Assembly (NCBI GenBank): GCA_963847625.1
Contig: CAWKAR010000026.1
Span: forward strand, 32,001-96,000
Direction of reading: 5' to 3'
Length of the DNA stretch: 64,000 nt
From: a candidate division FCPU426 bacterium
Lineage (GTDB): Bacteria; Oederibacteriota; Muellerivitia; Muellerivitales; Muellerivitaceae
Shown here: in pieces, positions 60,718 to 64,000 of the stretch
Position numbering within the stretch: the stretch's first letter is position 1
Layout of the letters: each line of letters starts with the position of its first letter
Notes under the pieces: model-generated
What the model saw: only the letters and a program-made list of their open reading frames with translations
What the model was told of the DNA's origin: nothing
Databases searched by the model: none
Position numbers and translations under genes: made by a program

Positions 60718-63700
60718 TCATTCCTCGGAAGTTGCAGAAATTTTTTCTTCCTTCATTTGCTCGTTGAGGTTGGGATCTTTGACCGTGACTCGGATGGTGT
60801 AATCCTGGTCTGTGCTCAAATTTCCAATGACCGACTCATGGAAATAATCCCAATTGTTTTTTTCCGGAATAACTAGACGAATCAATTGGTTATCCGAGTC
60901 CAGAACGCGAATCTCGCTTTTCGTGACTTTGTCGGTGTTCCATTCCAAATGAAATTTTCCCGGCCCGACGGGGTAAATCTCGAATTTCTCAAAGCGAGGT
61001 TTTTCTTTATCCCCTTTTTTGGGCATAATGATATCTGGGATGGACTGTTTAAGATTAAAAAGAGCCGTGGTTTCTTGTTGTCCGTTTTGATTCGTACCAA
61101 CAGCCGTGCTGAAGGTCAATTTAGGATTTATAGCATATTCCAGGGCTAACCGCCCTTCTGGTACCGCATTACCTGTGCTAAGTTCACGTCCAACCCCAAA
61201 ATCCGTTTTTATAGTCAATTTCGGGCTGATGGGTTTTATGAACTCGACATTTCCTATCGTCTGGGTATCACCAACGACTCCCTTGATGACATTTCCCCCT
61301 GCCCCCGGCACGGGGGTCATGACCGTCGGCCCAGTACCGCCCGGAATGGGATTTCCTTGGAAGACAACATCTGTACCCAGGAATTTTTGAGTATAGGTCC
61401 TGGCAAAACGAGTCGCCTCGTTCAAGGCGATGCGGTTGATAGCGTCGATGGCTGCGGCACTTGCGGCCTGGCCGTACTTTTTTTGGTAATCCTGCTGTAA
61501 TTGCTGGCTATTGAGCCCGGTCAAGTCACTCCCGAATAAAATGTAGGACAAGAGAATTTTTTGCTGGACGTCCTTGTCGTTGGTGCTGAAGTGGGGATTG
61601 GAGTCCAAGGCAAAATCCACCTTACCGAAGGTTCCCTTGAAGTCCACCCATACATCCATATCTGTTTGGCGGGTATATCCATTGGTAGTAACATCAACGT
61701 TTAAAAGCTTGTCTATGCCCCTCCCCCTCATATAAGGCAATTTTCCCTTGGGGATGTCCAGATAGACGCTTTGAACGTTGAATCGGTGGCTTAAATAACT
61801 GAGGTATCCCTGGCTCGCCGTGGCCGTGCCATAACACTGGACTCCGGATTGCTGGGGGGTTTTATCGGAATCTTTTCCTTCGATCTTGATCTTGGAACTT
61901 TGGTCTACCTTGACCTCAAGGTATTGTGAATTGAAATCGTTCGAGTAGTAAGTTCCTGAGCCCGGAAGCAGGGTTAAATCGAAAACGACGTTGGAAAGTT
62001 CTTTGTAGTCGATTTTTTCTCCCTTCTCGTCAACCATCTCCACCGGCGGCCAGGTGTAATGGCCTGTTTCCAATTTTGCAGTTCCAATGACATGGGCCTC
62101 GGAGAGGGGTCCTTGGATGAGGAGAGGGTCCTCCGGTGTAGCACCGTAAAAATAAATCTCCCCCCATTCTCCCGGACGCATAATATCGGGAATATTGAGG
62201 AAAAGACCGTGATCCCCCACGGTCTTGACCCTGAAATCCAGGTATTGGGGGATAAAATTGACCAGCCTCATCTTGGTCTGGTCGGCGGGCGGTGAGCTGA
62301 TAAACACCCTTCCCTGCCCGATGCGGCCGCTTAAATCCTCCACAACCAGCCGGTTGTCCCGCACCTTGATTCGGCCGTTGATGTCCTCGATAGATTTAGC
62401 GACGAGCGTCGGGACCATCTGGCATTGTTTCAAGTCCAGGTCCAGGTTGAGGACGGGATCGTCCAGGGTCCCTCCCACATGGGCCGAGAAATCCATCTGG
62501 CCCGAGGCCTTTTTGGCGAGCCCCGCAGCCAGGAGCAGGCTGAAATCGCCCTGGGCCATCTGGGCGTTAATGTCCATTTCCTGGTTTCTCACCTTCAGCC
62601 AGCTTTCATGGTTCAAGGCAAGGGGCATCTTCCCCTCCACCTGGAGGCTATAAACCCCCTTCCGGGCGAACTGGAGGGGGGCTTCCTTGCTTCCGAGATA
62701 TAGGATGTTTTCCTTCGCCTGGACTTCCCCGTCCAGCAAATCAAACGGAAGGTCACCCACCTTCCCGTTGGAAACCGAAAGGGAACCCGTGAATATGGGA
62801 TCAGCCAAGGTCCCCTCGAGGATCAGGTGGTAATGGCCCGTTCCGGTGATGGGAAATCCCGGGAGCAGCCACTTCCCCACTTCCTCGATGGGAATATTCC
62901 CGGCGTCCGAGGTGAGGTGGCTTTCGCCCTGCAGGTCCAGGGTTCCGTCCACCGAGAAGGTACCCGGAGAATGAAGAAGACGGATGTCCTTGAACAAGAT
63001 TAAATCGCTTTTGGAAATATCCAATTGGCCGACCAATTGGGGTTTTTCCTCTTCCGACGGCAGGAATTCTATGATTTTCTTATGGATCCGAAGGGACAAA
63101 ACAAACGGGTTGGGTGTTTTCGTTCCTGTTTCCGGCCCCAGAATCGAGATTTTTCCCAGGAAGGTGGGCCGGTTCTCCTTTTCCTCCAGAGCCAATTTCC
63201 CGTCCAAATGGACCCGGCTGGACAAATTAAAAACCGCGATGGGCACATTGGAAGCGGAACCATCTAGGCTTAATGAAACTAGGGAGGGGTCCTCAGGGTC
63301 GGGCGCGAATTTACCGTCTTCGATGTTGATTTCACCGCGCGCGAGTGTGATCTTGTTTTTCTCCAGGAAAATTTTTCCCCCTGTTTCAGAAAAATGCAGT
63401 TTAGCCGAAGGAACCTGGTAGTTGTCGAACACCAGGTTTTCCCCATCCAGGGAAAAACCAACCAGGAGTTTAGCCCAAGTGCCGGACACGGATAGGTTTC
63501 CATTTACATCCCCCGCCACCCGATGTTTTTCCGAATTGATGCTTAAAAGCGACAGGATATTGGCGAATTTCTCGTCCTGGCAAGGGCCATTCATGTCGAT
63601 TCTGCATTCTGGATCCCAAACCGCATGAGGGGATGCCAAGGTGCCTGCCAGGGAATACTTGGCTTTGTCTTTTTCAAGGCTTAACTCCAGGGAGATTTGG

Positions 63701-64000
63701 GTTTTATCGCCTGAAAAGTTAAGTCCCAGCCTGTTGAATGCGTATTTCTGGACCATTCCCTCTGTCAAAAGAATGTTCCCGGAAAGGGGCAAATCGGATA
63801 AAGCCCCCTTGAGGGTGATTTTTCCCGAAATGGTCCCAGCGGTCTTTAAAGAAGGGGGGAAAAACTGTTCCAATTCCGGCATTTCAGCCAGGAGCGTCGG
63901 TTCGATTTTCAAGTCCGCCTGGATCTGGGCCCGGGTTTGAGAAAGGTCCAGGAAGGCGGATCCGGCGATGACTTTTCCTATATTGATACGGCCCCTCAAC
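60718..64000 (-). CDS. TamB/AsmA-like protein (5' partial) with extra C-terminal Fn3-like domain
   Basis: Repeated beta-taco motifs (GTLADP, GTLDDP, SGTWAK), DUF490-like ILLSYILFG region; directly upstream of bamA. Confidence 0.8.
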   Translation of the reverse strand, partial: LRGRINIGKVIAGSAFLDLSQTRAQIQADLKIEPTLLAEMPELEQFFPPSLKTAGTISGKITLKGALSDLPLSGNILLTEGMVQKYAFNRLGLNFSGDKTQISLELSLEKDKAKYSLAGTLASPHAVWDPECRIDMNGPCQDEKFANILSLLSINSEKHRVAGDVNGNLSVSGTWAKLLVGFSLDGENLVFDNYQVPSAKLHFSETGGKIFLEKNKITLARGEINIEDGKFAPDPEDPSLVSLSLDGSASNVPIAVFNLSSRVHLDGKLALEEKENRPTFLGKISILGPETGTKTPNPFVLSLRIHKKIIEFLPSEEEKPQLVGQLDISKSDLILFKDIRLLHSPGTFSVDGTLDLQGESHLTSDAGNIPIEEVGKWLLPGFPITGTGHYHLILEGTLADPIFTGSLSVSNGKVGDLPFDLLDGEVQAKENILYLGSKEAPLQFARKGVYSLQVEGKMPLALNHESWLKVRNQEMDINAQMAQGDFSLLLAAGLAKKASGQMDFSAHVGGTLDDPVLNLDLDLKQCQMVPTLVAKSIEDINGRIKVRDNRLVVEDLSGRIGQGRVFISSPPADQTKMRLVNFIPQYLDFRVKTVGDHGLFLNIPDIMRPGEWGEIYFYGATPEDPLLIQGPLSEAHVIGTAKLETGHYTWPPVEMVDEKGEKIDYKELSNVVFDLTLLPGSGTYYSNDFNSQYLEVKVDQSSKIKIEGKDSDKTPQQSGVQCYGTATASQGYLSYLSHRFNVQSVYLDIPKGKLPYMRGRGIDKLLNVDVTTNGYTRQTDMDVWVDFKGTFGKVDFALDSNPHFSTNDKDVQQKILLSYILFGSDLTGLNSQQLQQDYQKKYGQAASAAAIDAINRIALNEATRFARTYTQKFLGTDVVFQGNPIPGGTGPTVMTPVPGAGGNVIKGVVGDTQTIGNVEFIKPISPKLTIKTDFGVGRELSTGNAVPEGRLALEYAINPKLTFSTAVGTNQNGQQETTALFNLKQSIPDIIMPKKGDKEKPRFEKFEIYPVGPGKFHLEWNTDKVTKSEIRVLDSDNQLIRLVIPEKNNWDYFHESVIGNLSTDQDYTIRVTVKDPNLNEQMKEEKISATSEE

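Overview
Window from a diderm bacterium. It encodes BamA, a TamB-like protein and an OM beta-barrel protein, yet has Firmicutes-like gene order. The Thr/Pro-linker + FlgD-like proteins and CIA30/CBM11-like domains suggest a lineage such as FCPU426 or its relatives (inference only). Most genes are minus-strand housekeeping clusters: yceD-rpmF-plsX-fabH-fabD-fabG-acpP-fabF, rsmD-coaD, recG/rpmB, tsaC-ptp-rpiB, an interrupted purB-S-Q-L-F-M-N-H-D cluster, and tamB-bamA-surE-metE-like. The accessory region (about 7.9-36.5 kb) holds carbohydrate enzymes, a Fic protein, a 1765-aa Thr/Pro-stalk surface protein, one IS3, two different IS30 elements and an AT-rich cassette. That cassette (R-M N-terminal remnant, Zn-ribbon/glycine-zipper protein, membrane protein, NDT/TIR-like protein, IS-truncated ORF) is the best candidate for an undescribed defence system. 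Intergenic DNA is rich in palindromic elements: two identical inverted 190-bp MITE-like elements each with its own target duplication, nested REP-like elements, and an 11-bp operator-like array with G-quadruplex motifs. No CRISPR array, rRNA or intact tRNA was seen.
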